Assembly: GCA_964372415.1 (NCBI GenBank)
Contig: CAYJQH010000002.1
Location: forward strand, 21,803-85,802
Length of the DNA: 64,000 nucleotides
Direction: 5' to 3'
Origin: an uncultured Gammaproteobacteria bacterium
Lineage (GTDB): Bacteria > Patescibacteriota > Patescibacteriia > UBA9934
Shown: positions 37,290-46,685 of the stretch, piece by piece
Layout of the letters: the number at the start of each line of letters is the position of its first letter
How positions within the stretch are numbered: the first letter of the stretch is position 1
Notes under the pieces: model-generated
What the model saw: the letters and a program-made list of their open reading frames with translations, nothing else
Database searches by the model: none
Told to the model about the DNA's origin: nothing
Made by a program: the position numbers and the translations under genes

Positions 37290-38392
37290 AAAGAAACTGG
37301 AGTCAAATCAAGAAGCGCCACGATAAGACCAAGGCCGGCACCAATCCATGACACAACCCAAAATCGCATGACGACTTTTGGTTCCGGCCAACCTTTAGCC
37401 TCGAAGTGGTGATGTATGGGCGCAATCAGAAAAATTTTCCGTTTGAAAATTTTCTTAGAGAGAATTTGAATGATAGTGGTCACTGCCTCAACTACAAATA
37501 CGATACCGATAATGGGTAGAAGAAAGGCGCCGTTTGTCAGCATAGCCACTATGCCAAGCGTCACCCCGAGACTCATCGCACCCGTGTCGCCCATAATAAA
37601 ACGGGCAGGATAAATATTGAACCACAAAAAAGCCAGGAGTGTGCCCACGATAACCGCGCAAAATACAGCTAGGTCTTCCCTGCCCTGAAGGAGCGCGATG
37701 ACGGCGTAGGCCGAGAAAGCCGAGGCTAAGGAACCGCCGGCCAGGCCGTCGAGTCCATCTGTTTGGTTAACGGAAAACGAAGTAGCAACAATGACTAGAA
37801 TAAAAAACGGTACATACCACCATCCCATAGCAATATCGCCCAAGTTAAGAATGGGTACATGGAGCGTGTCAAAACCAAGTTTAAAATAAAACCACCAAGC
37901 CCCCACGGCCGCAATTACTGTATAGAGCGCCAAACGATGCCTAATGTTAATCCCTCCGCCGTGCGGGCCTATTTTAAGAACATTAAAAAAATCATCAGCC
38001 AAACCGACGAGCCCGGCTGCGACCAGGGCAAATAATGGTAACCAGGTTTGGGCTCGTGACAAAAAATTTAGTTGCCCTAAAACGCCGTCAAAAAATACTG
38101 CCCCAAGTGCCACAAGAAGCGTTATTACGAGCGTCGTGCCCCACATTAAAACTCCTCCCATAGTGGGCACACCAGCTTTCTTTTTATGGAGCTCAGCGAA
38201 CATTGGAGCTTTAACGGCGCTCCTTATGGATTTTCCGAGGCGATATTTATACAAAAAATGTGTCAAAAGTGGTGTCCAGGCAATGGCTAAAACAAAGGCG
38301 ATGGTTGACATGATTAACATGTGAACAATCGTCGCTGAGAAAATTGGGTCACCTGAAAAATCAACCACCATAGGTGAGGTGAAGAAAAACAA
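37286..38392 (-). CDS. mraY: Phospho-N-acetylmuramoyl-pentapeptide transferase MraY
   Basis: 10 TM, with the motif triad that includes NxTDGLDGLA and the HHHFE region. Confidence 0.9.
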   Translation of the reverse strand: MFFFTSPMVVDFSGDPIFSATIVHMLIMSTIAFVLAIAWTPLLTHFLYKYRLGKSIRSAVKAPMFAELHKKKAGVPTMGGVLMWGTTLVITLLVALGAVFFDGVLGQLNFLSRAQTWLPLFALVAAGLVGLADDFFNVLKIGPHGGGINIRHRLALYTVIAAVGAWWFYFKLGFDTLHVPILNLGDIAMGWWYVPFFILVIVATSFSVNQTDGLDGLAGGSLASAFSAYAVIALLQGREDLAVFCAVIVGTLLAFLWFNIYPARFIMGDTGAMSLGVTLGIVAMLTNGAFLLPIIGIVFVVEAVTTIIQILSKKIFKRKIFLIAPIHHHFEAKGWPEPKVVMRFWVVSWIGAGLGLIVALLDLTPVSL

Positions 38393-38753
38393 TAAAAATC
38401 ATGGCCACAAATAACAATAGCTCAACTAGTACCGTAGCCGAAGCAACAACGTACGACAGCATAGGGTCTCGTTGCCAGGTAAAACGCGCCGCAAATAAAT
38501 TGAGAATAATAAACAAGATACCTACCCCGGGAACTACGTAAATTTGCCACCACGGGCCAACCGTATCAATGCCAAAATGAATATTGTAATGAAGTGGCAC
38601 GGCTTTTTTATTAATAATTTCCGGCACTACCCGCCACGAAGGAAGGGCGACAGCTAAAGCCCAAAAAAGAAGCGATAACGCTATGGCCATTTGAAAAAAA
38701 CGGCGTCGTGCCATTTCTTTTAAGGGTTCTTGCGGAGTAAGTCCAAGGGTCAT
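38361..38753 (-). CDS. Hypothetical small membrane protein (4 TM)
   Basis: 130-aa hydrophobic ORF whose 3' end overlaps the mraY start by 32 nt. Confidence 0.45.
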   Translation of the reverse strand: MTLGLTPQEPLKEMARRRFFQMAIALSLLFWALAVALPSWRVVPEIINKKAVPLHYNIHFGIDTVGPWWQIYVVPGVGILFIILNLFAARFTWQRDPMLSYVVASATVLVELLLFVAMIFIVFLHLTYGG

Positions 38754-38757
38754 GAAA

Positions 38758-39027
38758 TTAAGCTACGGCTACAACGCGTCGGACTTCAGGAAGTCGTTTG
38801 CAAAGCGCCGTCTCAACGCCGTGTTGCAAGGTTATCGAAGAAAGGGCACAGGAAGCACAGGCGCCTGTCAGTTTGACCGTCACCGTACCCGTTGGTTCGT
38901 CAACTGAAATGAGTTCAATTCCTCCACCATGCAGACCGAGCGTCTGACGAACCTCCTCAAGGACCGCGCACACAAGATCGTGCATACGAAGCAAAGTATA
39001 GCTTAAAATCGTTAACTTTAACAACAT
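38758..39027 (-). CDS. Nfu/NifU-like Fe-S cluster scaffold domain protein
   Basis: 89 aa with …VKLTGACASCALSSITLQHGVE… (the CxxC NifU C-terminal domain). Confidence 0.7.
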   Translation of the reverse strand: MLLKLTILSYTLLRMHDLVCAVLEEVRQTLGLHGGGIELISVDEPTGTVTVKLTGACASCALSSITLQHGVETALCKRLPEVRRVVAVA

Positions 39028-39090
39028 TTTCCACCTTGACGGAATCCGTGCCTTCCGCTACTCTGTACGCTATTAACCGAGAGCCAAACA

Positions 39091-39208
39091 TTAGACTCTA
39101 GATCCTAGACTCTAGACGCAAGTATCTAATATTGCGTCTTTGACGTCTTGTACGTCGCGATGGAGCGAGTCTAGAATCTAGGGTCTCGAGTCTTGAGTCT
39201 TGAGTCTC
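39091..39208. repeat. Large inverted array of heptamers. Left arm TAGACT CTAGATC CTAGACT CTAGAC, ~50-nt core with its own GACGCAA…TTGCGTC hairpin, right arm AGTCTAG AATCTAG GGTCTCG AGTCTTG AGTCTTG AGTCTC
   Basis: Arms are reverse complements built from the CTAGACT unit. Lies between the divergent nfu and rpmA genes and ends 4 nt before the rpmA ATG. Confidence 0.75.
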
Positions 39209-39212
39209 TTCT

Positions 39213-39485
39213 ATGGCACATAAATTAGCCCAGGGTTCAACGCGAAATGGCCGCGATTCGCAGGCCAAGCGACTCGGCGTTAAGCGCGCCGATGGCCAGG
39301 TTGTTAAAACCGGTCAAATTATTGTTCGCCAGCGCGGCACTAAAATCCATCCGTCTAAAAACGTTAGCGCCGGTAAAGACTTTACACTTTTCGCCATGAA
39401 AGATGGCAAGGTAAAGTTCAACACCAAAAAAACACCGAACTTCATTGGTAAACTCCAGGTACGAACTTTCGTCTCAGTGGTTTAA
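39213..39485 (+). CDS. rpmA: 50S ribosomal protein L27
   Basis: [25 protein letters not shown]…; 90 aa. Confidence 0.95.
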   Translation: MAHKLAQGSTRNGRDSQAKRLGVKRADGQVVKTGQIIVRQRGTKIHPSKNVSAGKDFTLFAMKDGKVKFNTKKTPNFIGKLQVRTFVSVV

Positions 39486-39519
39486 TAAAAATTCGAGCCT
39501 AGGCTCGAATTTTTATTTT
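39486..39519. terminator. Bidirectional terminator (AAAAATTCGAGCCTAGGCTCGAATTTTT) between convergent rpmA and pyrG
   Basis: Perfect 20-bp palindrome centred on CCTAGG and flanked by an A-run and a T-run. Overlaps the pyrG stop codon. Confidence 0.75.
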
Positions 39520-41150
39520 CTACGACTTACCCGTTGTTTGGCGGCCCTGAGCAAACCAACAAACAAGGGGTGAGCCGACAAGGGCCTACTTTGAAATTCC
39601 GGATGAAATTGGACGCCCACAAAAAATGGGTGATCTTTGACTTCAACAATTTCAACCAGTTGATTATCTGGCGAGATTCCCGCAATCACCAAACCAGCCT
39701 TTTCTAGATCGGCTCGATACTTGTTGTTAAACTCGTATCTGTGACGATGACGTTCGCTCACTTCCCCGACCCCATAGGTGGCCCGCGACGTTGATCCTGG
39801 CATGAGGCGACAAGGGTACGCACCAAGTCTTAGCGTTCCGCCGTATTTTTTGTCCTTAACATTTTGGCCTTGACCATCCATGAGATCGATTACCGGGTGT
39901 TTAGTTTTAGGGTTAATCTCGGTCGTGTTGGCCGATTTTAAGCCGAGTTCGTGACGGGCAAATTCAATGACCGCGCACTGCATGCCATAACATAGGCCGA
40001 GATACGGAATTTTCTTTTTTCGGCAATACTCAATAGCCGCGATCTTTCCCTCAATACCTCGTGATCCGAAACCGCCAGGAATAATTATCGCGTCGAGTTT
40101 TTTGAGTTCCGCCAGCTTCTTTGGATGCTCTTCAAATTCTTCTGAATTAAGCCATTCAATCCTCGGCTTAACTTGGGCGGCAGCCCCAGCATGCTTCACG
40201 GCTTCGAGCACAGAAATATAGGCATCGGACAAGGTAAAACTTCCAGTCGAGAAATATTTGCCAATAACGCCGACGCGAACCTCTTTACGACTGTTCTCGC
40301 GCGCCTTCACAAAGGCATCCCAATGGCGAAGATCGTTCTTTTTTACGCGAAGACCAAAGCTCTTCAAAACTTTTCGCGCAAAATCTTGCTCCTCGAATAT
40401 CCTCGGGATGTCGTAGATGGACTTCACATCTGGGGCCGAAATAATGTGCTCCCAGGGTACTTGGCAAAAATGGGCTATTTTTTGTTTGCGTGGCTTGTCC
40501 ATTGGCTCTTCAGAACGGCCAACCACAAAATTTGGTTGAATGCCCGCGCTGTTGAGCGTGCGCACTGCGTACTGAGTGGGCTTGGTCTTCATCTCCCCCA
40601 CAGACCGTGGCACGGGCAAATAGCTCACGAGCGCAAATTGCACATCCTGACCATGACGCACTTGCATCATTCGAGCAGCCTCCAAAAACAGAATGTTCTG
40701 GTACTCACCAACCGTACCGCCAACTTCAATGAGCGTAATGTCTGCCTTGGCTGTTTTGGCCGCGGTCTCAATACGCTGAATAACCTCTTCTGGCACGTGC
40801 GGCACTACCTCAACGCACTTGCCGCCGTACTCCAAATTACGCTCCCGTTCAATGACAGAGTTATAAACTCGGCCGGTTGTCATGTAGTTGAGTTTGGTTA
40901 TATCAACATCAAGATATCTTTCGTAGGTACCAATATCCTGATCTGTCTCATCGCCGTCCACGGTAACAAAAACCTCCCCGTGTTCTACGGGGTTCATCGT
41001 TCCGGCGTCAACGTTTACGTAAGGGTCAATTTTGATAGCGGTCACGCGGTAACCTTTCGCTTTGAGGGTCAAGCCGAGAGCCGCGGTGGATGTTCCTTTC
41101 CCCACGCCGCTCATGACGCCTCCGACCACGAACAGGTACCGATGACGCAT
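39513..41150 (-). CDS. pyrG: CTP synthase
   Basis: MRHRYLFVVGGVMSGVGKG…, and a C-terminal GATase domain with GLCYGMQ and HPEF. Confidence 0.95.
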   Translation of the reverse strand: MRHRYLFVVGGVMSGVGKGTSTAALGLTLKAKGYRVTAIKIDPYVNVDAGTMNPVEHGEVFVTVDGDETDQDIGTYERYLDVDITKLNYMTTGRVYNSVIERERNLEYGGKCVEVVPHVPEEVIQRIETAAKTAKADITLIEVGGTVGEYQNILFLEAARMMQVRHGQDVQFALVSYLPVPRSVGEMKTKPTQYAVRTLNSAGIQPNFVVGRSEEPMDKPRKQKIAHFCQVPWEHIISAPDVKSIYDIPRIFEEQDFARKVLKSFGLRVKKNDLRHWDAFVKARENSRKEVRVGVIGKYFSTGSFTLSDAYISVLEAVKHAGAAAQVKPRIEWLNSEEFEEHPKKLAELKKLDAIIIPGGFGSRGIEGKIAAIEYCRKKKIPYLGLCYGMQCAVIEFARHELGLKSANTTEINPKTKHPVIDLMDGQGQNVKDKKYGGTLRLGAYPCRLMPGSTSRATYGVGEVSERHRHRYEFNNKYRADLEKAGLVIAGISPDNQLVEIVEVKDHPFFVGVQFHPEFQSRPLSAHPLFVGLLRAAKQRVSRRK

Positions 41151-41177
41151 AGATTGCTAGCTACTGGCTACTAGCGG

Positions 41178-41600
41178 TTAGCCGCTAGCGGATTCAATAT
41201 TTACTCGGACTTTCGCATCGAAGCCGCTTGGAAATTCGAGATCGACCTCAAAGGTCCCGGGTTCGGTCAAGGGATCTGTTTTGATAACGTTTTTAGGCAC
41301 CGCGACATCTTGTTCTTTAAGAGCCGCCCGGATCTCTGTAGCAGTAACCGGTTTTTTAAGTTTGCCGTCTTTTACTGGCACAGAAATTGTCAGTTCCAGT
41401 CCATCGGCCGCACTCGCGAGTGACTGCTCTTCTTGTTCAGCCTTTGACGGCATCTTGGCCGGCGCTTCGGCGTTTGATTCAGAAGTTTGGACGGCAAGAA
41501 ATTGCGGAAATAAAAAATTCTTAGCGTACCCATCCGGTACCTCAATGGTTAAACCTTTTGGTCCAAGCGAGGCAACTGTCTCAAGGAGGGTGACGAACAT
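41178..41600 (-). CDS. rplI: 50S ribosomal protein L9
   Basis: N-domain …SLGPKGLTIEVPDGYAKNFLFP… and the C-domain; 140 aa. Confidence 0.8.
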   Translation of the reverse strand: MFVTLLETVASLGPKGLTIEVPDGYAKNFLFPQFLAVQTSESNAEAPAKMPSKAEQEEQSLASAADGLELTISVPVKDGKLKKPVTATEIRAALKEQDVAVPKNVIKTDPLTEPGTFEVDLEFPSGFDAKVRVNIESASG

Positions 41601-42106
41601 AAGCGTAAAGCTTTCTTTATAATACCAAGCATGTCGCGGTAACTGGAACGGCGCAAAACCTGACGAGCTGGCACCCAGACAACATCACGAATGCGCTCTC
41701 CGCCCTCACTTCGTTCGGGGCGAACTAATTTTGCCTCAGAGAAGGCCTCAAAAAGAAAATAATGAATGTATTTGTGGATAAGCGTTCCCTTGTGCACAAA
41801 TCTATCGTGAAACCAAATATCAATGGTGTCGAGCTGGGCCACGTACTTAAGCGGCGACAAACCCATTTCTTCTTTTATTTCACGTACTGCCGCCTCCCGA
41901 TATGATTCACCGGGTTGTACATGACCCTTAGGAAAAGCCCATTTACCATACGAATCAATCACCATGGCAAAAAAGACTCCGCTCTTTGTTCTTTTGAACA
42001 CCAAACCACCCGAGGACACCTCGGTACGGTGGCGAGCTTTCCGCCGTTTACTCGGATGCCTCGAGGAAACGAAGCGCCGCGTCGAATTGGGAGTCTTCTT
42101 CTGCAT
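41549..42106 (-). CDS. NUDIX hydrolase
   Basis: Nudix box GHVQPGESYREAAVREIKEEMG. The 3' end overlaps rplI by 52 nt. Confidence 0.75.
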   Translation of the reverse strand: MQKKTPNSTRRFVSSRHPSKRRKARHRTEVSSGGLVFKRTKSGVFFAMVIDSYGKWAFPKGHVQPGESYREAAVREIKEEMGLSPLKYVAQLDTIDIWFHDRFVHKGTLIHKYIHYFLFEAFSEAKLVRPERSEGGERIRDVVWVPARQVLRRSSYRDMLGIIKKALRLCSSPSLRQLPRLDQKV

Positions 42107-43286
42107 TTTCTGAAGGGGCTACGATTTCGTCTGGAGTGATGCCAAGTTCATCAATTGACCTACCGAGCGGCGTGAGCCAGCGAGCCACGGTAATTTTAAC
42201 TGCGCTGCCGTCAGGAAGCTCATGGTATTCCTGAACCGAACCCTTACCGAAAGTTTGTTCGCCAATAAGGTGCGCAAGTTTGTAGTCTTGGAGTGCGCCG
42301 GAAAGAATTTCTGACGCTGAAGCCGAGCCACCGTTCACCAAAACCACAGTGTCAAGTCCGGCAAGTCGAGAATCACCTTGAGCTAAAAAGGCTTGCTGTT
42401 CGCCGCGAACTTCTTCAATGACCGCGGTTCGGTTATCTATCCAGTAACCGGCCAAATTGATGGCCGCGTCAAGATAACCACCAGGATTGTTTCGTAGATC
42501 AAGTACGAGTTTTTTTGCGCCTCTATTGAGCACCTCTTTGACCGCTTTGTCAAAAAGCCGCACCGTGTCTTCATTGAACATGGTTATGGTGATAACCACT
42601 ACCCCGTCGTCGCGAATCTCAGAAATTACGCTATCGACATTGATTTCGTCACGAATAATATCAACATCGAAAGGTTCTTCTAGGCCTTCACGAAAAATGG
42701 TCAGCACGACATGCGTACCTTTGTCGCCACGAATTAAATCAACGGCCTCATTAACTGACATGCCAGTAGTATCAACCTTGTCTATCATGATGATGTGATC
42801 ACCCGGTTTAAGACCGGCGTTATCGGCTGGCGTCTCCGGCAAAGGAGCGATAACCACTACAAAACCATCGTCGTCGAGCCCTATTTCAGCCCCAATACCA
42901 AAAAACGAACCCTCCAGCTCTTGGGCAAAGCTAGCGGCCATTTCTGGCGTGAAAAAAGTCGAATATGGGTCCCCGAGTCCCCACAAGAGTCCCTGGAGCG
43001 AACCGTAAAAAAGGTCTTTGTCAACGACTGGCTGATCAACATACTGTTGTTCAACTAACCGCCAAACGTCCCAGAACAGGTCAAAATCTACATCAGCACC
43101 AGAAACTACAGGTGGATTTTGATATTTTCCAATAACCGCACCTGAGCCATCGTCGTTGGTGTGACCTATGGTGTAACCAAAAACGAAAAAAAAGGCCGCA
43201 ACCCCTAGCGCCAAAATTGCTTTAAGTGGCGCCAAAAGCGGCGAACGTAACTCTTTAGCCTCAGACATACGCAAGGATTGTAGCAC
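42048..43286 (-). CDS. ctpA: Carboxy-terminal processing peptidase (S41, Ctp/Prc-like) with a PDZ domain
   Basis: N-terminal TM, PDZ (GLKPGDHI), and S41 motifs LDLRNNPGG and TFGKGSVQ. Confidence 0.85.
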   Translation of the reverse strand: MLQSLRMSEAKELRSPLLAPLKAILALGVAAFFFVFGYTIGHTNDDGSGAVIGKYQNPPVVSGADVDFDLFWDVWRLVEQQYVDQPVVDKDLFYGSLQGLLWGLGDPYSTFFTPEMAASFAQELEGSFFGIGAEIGLDDDGFVVVIAPLPETPADNAGLKPGDHIIMIDKVDTTGMSVNEAVDLIRGDKGTHVVLTIFREGLEEPFDVDIIRDEINVDSVISEIRDDGVVVITITMFNEDTVRLFDKAVKEVLNRGAKKLVLDLRNNPGGYLDAAINLAGYWIDNRTAVIEEVRGEQQAFLAQGDSRLAGLDTVVLVNGGSASASEILSGALQDYKLAHLIGEQTFGKGSVQEYHELPDGSAVKITVARWLTPLGRSIDELGITPDEIVAPSENAEEDSQFDAALRFLEASE

Positions 43287-43379
43287 GAGTCGTCCGCTTC
43301 TAAAATCCTAGAAAAACTAGACATTGATTGATAATAAAATTCCCCAGAAACGCTAGCGCCTCGTGAGGAATTGATTCGG

Positions 43380-44111
43380 TTACTTCATACGGAACGTCAC
43401 AACGCCAACACCAGCCTCCGGCCGCGAATACATTGCACTCGTCAATCGAATTGTACTGTTAGCTTGCCAAATTCCAAGCCAAGCGCAATTTTTCACATCT
43501 GCACGCTCGACTGAACCAGGTAGTAGCATCGCGTGGCATTCCAGCCTGAGATTTTTCTTGTAATGAACGTACAGAGCAATGCCTGCGTCCGCAGTACCTG
43601 CGAGTATGTTGCCAACGCATTCCTTCAGACACTCTTTTGGTTCGCGACCACGATTTTTCCAACCGTAGTTAGCACGAAACCAGTAAGGTTCTTTAGGAAC
43701 AGCGTGTAGTTCATCACGTGGCACAAAACTCTCATTATCGTACTTATACGTGAGCCCTCTGTAGGTAATTCCAACACGCTCAACTCGAAGAGTACGGGAG
43801 GGACGAGGATCATCAAGAGCAAGAAGTGGGAATTTTTCATCTTCGTCGAGCAGGGTTTCCGGAATCTCAGGGATAGATTCCAAGTAGCTGTTGAATCTTC
43901 GATAGCTGAGGGAGCGAACTGCACCGAGTTCCCACAAACACCTTGCTTGTTGAGTACGTAGATCATTCGGCCCCTTGTTGAACTCATCCACCATTAACTT
44001 TTGGATGAGCTTGTCCATCTCGTCACCAATCCCAGGCAAACCTCGCTTGATTCGAGCTTCTTGAATTTGGTAAAGTTTGCGAATGTGCTCATCAGTCAAC
44101 CGATCAGACAT
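43380..44111 (-). CDS. Hypothetical protein
   Basis: No recognisable domain. I prefer the ATG at 44111 (MSDRLTDEH, GAGG at -7) to the ORF-track start at 44180. Confidence 0.45.
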   Translation of the reverse strand: MSDRLTDEHIRKLYQIQEARIKRGLPGIGDEMDKLIQKLMVDEFNKGPNDLRTQQARCLWELGAVRSLSYRRFNSYLESIPEIPETLLDEDEKFPLLALDDPRPSRTLRVERVGITYRGLTYKYDNESFVPRDELHAVPKEPYWFRANYGWKNRGREPKECLKECVGNILAGTADAGIALYVHYKKNLRLECHAMLLPGSVERADVKNCAWLGIWQANSTIRLTSAMYSRPEAGVGVVTFRMK

Positions 44112-44219
44112 TGAAACCTCAGTCGAGCATTTATGGTTACTAGTGCTGGTACGCAAAGTCTTTTCAGACCTAGGCCACACTCAATAAAATGTACTAGCAA
44201 TTGTTAAAAAAAACAATTA

Positions 44220-45203
44220 TTGATATGCTTCGCAAAATTTATGCACCGCGTTGTCCGAAAATTTCTCTTCGCCTTTTTTGTGGCCGTGTTTGTGGTGGCA
44301 ACACCACTTGTTATTTTGTATACCGCTGGTTACCGGCTCAATATTACCAGTCGTCGCGTACTCCAAACAGGAGTGATTGCGATCACCACCTCTCCTAGGG
44401 GAGCAAGTATTTATCTGGATAACACGCTAATAAACGACAAAACTCCGCTCGTCATTCAACGACTGGCACCTAAAACTTACGAGTTACAATTCGAAAAAAA
44501 TGGTTATCACACCTGGGAACAGCGGGTGGAGGTGCGCGAAGGTGTGACCACTTACGTCACCGCCCGACTCTTTGCTGCTTCAGAGCCAACTCCCCTAGCG
44601 TTAAGTGAAGCTCGTGAGCTATTAGCCGAACACGATAAAGATTCACAATTACCCGCTATCCCGGACGATATTCAGTTGCTTGATAAACGAGTCCAAGTTG
44701 AAGTTTGGCGCCAAACTGATGAAGAGAGCGTGCTCATCGGCATTCTCCCGCCAGGCGTCTACACCTTACTCTACGACGACGGAGAGTATCTGCTATTTGA
44801 GACTGAAAGTCGTGCCGCATTTGTGGTGTCGCGAGCCGGAAACAATGTGACCACGCTGTCACCAAACATGGGGGCGTTCTCCTGGCTTGATGACACCCAC
44901 AGCTTACTTTGGACAGACGGCACCGAAGTGGCTCTTTTTGAAGCTTCGACTGGCGAACGGTTAACCATCACTAGGCTCGGTGAGCCCATCATTAATGTGG
45001 CCTGGCACCCTTCTGGCGATACTCTCTTCTACGCCACTAACCGCTCCCTTCTTGCCGCCTCACGGGAACAGTACGACACGCGTCCGACGACGCTTCTTGT
45101 TGACGGGGTGACGATCAACGATTTTTGGCTGGCTGAAAACGGTAAAGAACTGTACCTAGCCACCGGTCCACAAGCCATCTCTACCCTGTCACTCACCGAG
45201 TAA
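44220..45203 (+). CDS. Membrane-anchored PEGA-domain protein
   Basis: TM helix followed by a PEGA-like segment (ITTSPRGASIYLDNTLINDKTPLV…KNGYHTWEQRVEV…) and a beta-rich C-terminal region. Confidence 0.55.
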   Translation: MICFAKFMHRVVRKFLFAFFVAVFVVATPLVILYTAGYRLNITSRRVLQTGVIAITTSPRGASIYLDNTLINDKTPLVIQRLAPKTYELQFEKNGYHTWEQRVEVREGVTTYVTARLFAASEPTPLALSEARELLAEHDKDSQLPAIPDDIQLLDKRVQVEVWRQTDEESVLIGILPPGVYTLLYDDGEYLLFETESRAAFVVSRAGNNVTTLSPNMGAFSWLDDTHSLLWTDGTEVALFEASTGERLTITRLGEPIINVAWHPSGDTLFYATNRSLLAASREQYDTRPTTLLVDGVTINDFWLAENGKELYLATGPQAISTLSLTE

Positions 45204-46043
45204 GTAGGCGCGAAGCGCTAACTGACGGTGACGCAATTTGGGAAATTTAGTATTTTGCAAAGCCGCAAACTTTGGTCTTTTGGCTGGTTTAGGAAACTCA
45301 TCTGAGGCCACTCTTTTTCGCGGAGTTTTAATCTCAAGAAGTGTAAAAACTTCCTCGGCAAACTCATACCAGGTAACGCCTTCGCCGTCGTTTACTAAAT
45401 GATAAACGCCCGGCGCATACCCCTCGGTCACCAGTCGGTAAGTGGCAAGCGCCAAGTCCGGCGTATAAGTTGGGCAGCCAACTTCTTCGTTCACAATTGA
45501 AAGCTCTGGTTTGCTCGCGGCCAGACGCGCGATAAGATCAACAAAACTTTCTTTGCTGTCTTCGGTTAATCCTCTTTTACCAAAAAGACGCGAAGTGCGA
45601 ACGATATATATCTTGCCCCCCACCTCGCTTACTAATTTTTCGCCCAAATGTTTAGTTTCACCGTATTTAGAAATCGGTCGCGGCTCGTCGGTTTCTAAGT
45701 AGCCCTCTGGTTTATTACCAGAAAAAACATAGTCGGTGCTGAAGTGAACCAGGGGCACACCAAGCACCTTTGCAATCTCTGCTAAATACTGGGGCCCGAG
45801 CGCGTTTATGGCATAAGCTACAGGAAAGACCGTGGCCTCTTCGATTTTATCAACTGCATTAAACGCTGCGCAGTTAATAATCAATTCTGGTTGCAATTCT
45901 GCCACTTTATTGAGCACTTGATCGTGATTGGTAATATCCAAATCGCCCTGAGTCCAAGCCACCACGTCGTGCCCCTGACTTGAAAAAACTTTAATAATAT
46001 CTTGTCCAAGTGACCCTAGAGCTCCGGTGATTAAGACTTTCAT
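45189..46043 (-). CDS. rfbD: dTDP-4-dehydrorhamnose reductase
   Basis: MKVLITGALGSLG Rossmann motif and the YxxxK family. The ORF-track start (GTG at 46058) overlaps repeat E3, so I prefer the ATG at 46043. Confidence 0.85.
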   Translation of the reverse strand: MKVLITGALGSLGQDIIKVFSSQGHDVVAWTQGDLDITNHDQVLNKVAELQPELIINCAAFNAVDKIEEATVFPVAYAINALGPQYLAEIAKVLGVPLVHFSTDYVFSGNKPEGYLETDEPRPISKYGETKHLGEKLVSEVGGKIYIVRTSRLFGKRGLTEDSKESFVDLIARLAASKPELSIVNEEVGCPTYTPDLALATYRLVTEGYAPGVYHLVNDGEGVTWYEFAEEVFTLLEIKTPRKRVASDEFPKPAKRPKFAALQNTKFPKLRHRQLALRAYLLGE

Positions 46044-46054
46044 AATCCGTTTGT

Positions 46055-46130
46055 CCACTCCGAGTGAATACGAGGAGTTAGGTTGGTGCGGCGTCGTTCC
46101 TCCAAGACCCCTCGCATTCGCTCAGGGTGG
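46055..46130. repeat. Copy 3 (divergent) of the 'E' intergenic repeat
   Basis: CCACTCCGAGTGAATACGAGGAGTTAGGTTGGTGCGGCG…GACCCCTCGCATTCGCTCAGGGTGG. The 5' half is nearly identical to E2. Confidence 0.6.
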
Positions 46131-46139
46131 CTGACAGAG

Positions 46140-46685
46140 TTAGAACGGCAGGTTAAGCACCGACAGTCGCGGCGCGGCGGCGTCACGTGCCGAAAGAATC
46201 GGCGGCTGACCCTGAAGCAGAGGCCAGTTAATAGCGAGCTCAGGATCATTCCAAGCCACGTTGGCATCCGCGGCTTTATCGAATGTTTCGGTACATTTAT
46301 ACACCACTTCAGCGTCCTCAAAGGTATAAAAACCATGTCCAAAGCCGGGTGGCACCCACAACATTCTTTTGTTGGCAGCCGTTAGCTCAAGGCCAAACCA
46401 TTGTTTATAGGTTGGTGAGGCCTTACGCAGGTCGACGGCCATGTCCCAAATGCGCCCCCGCGTACAACGCACAAGCTTGCCCATCGCTTTTGGCGGCAAT
46501 TGAAAATGAATTCCGCGGAGCACACCCTTAACTGAAAACGAATGGTTGTCTTGTGAAAAATTAGTGGGCAGCCCTAAAGCGGCAAATTTATCGGCGTTAA
46601 ATGATTCATAAAAAAATCCTCGGTCATCTCCAAAGACCTCCGGTTCGATGATCAACAAACCCTCAAGGGGGTGAAGGGCCTTCAT
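46140..46685 (-). CDS. rfbC: dTDP-4-dehydrorhamnose 3,5-epimerase
   Basis: …DDRGFFYESFN…RGIHFQ…; cupin fold, 181 aa. Confidence 0.9.
   Translation of the reverse strand: MKALHPLEGLLIIEPEVFGDDRGFFYESFNADKFAALGLPTNFSQDNHSFSVKGVLRGIHFQLPPKAMGKLVRCTRGRIWDMAVDLRKASPTYKQWFGLELTAANKRMLWVPPGFGHGFYTFEDAEVVYKCTETFDKAADANVAWNDPELAINWPLLQGQPPILSARDAAAPRLSVLNLPF

Noticed and set aside
39091-39208. Considered whether the heptamer arrays are a CRISPR array
   Set aside because: The units are only 7 nt and are directly tandem with no unique spacers. The arms are inverted copies of each other, and no cas genes are present. This is not CRISPR.
39486-39519. Perfect 20-bp palindrome AATTCGAGCCTAGGCTCGAATT considered as a possible protein-binding or restriction-modification site cluster
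   Set aside because: Its position between the convergent rpmA and pyrG genes, with A- and T-runs on either side, is fully explained by a bidirectional intrinsic terminator.
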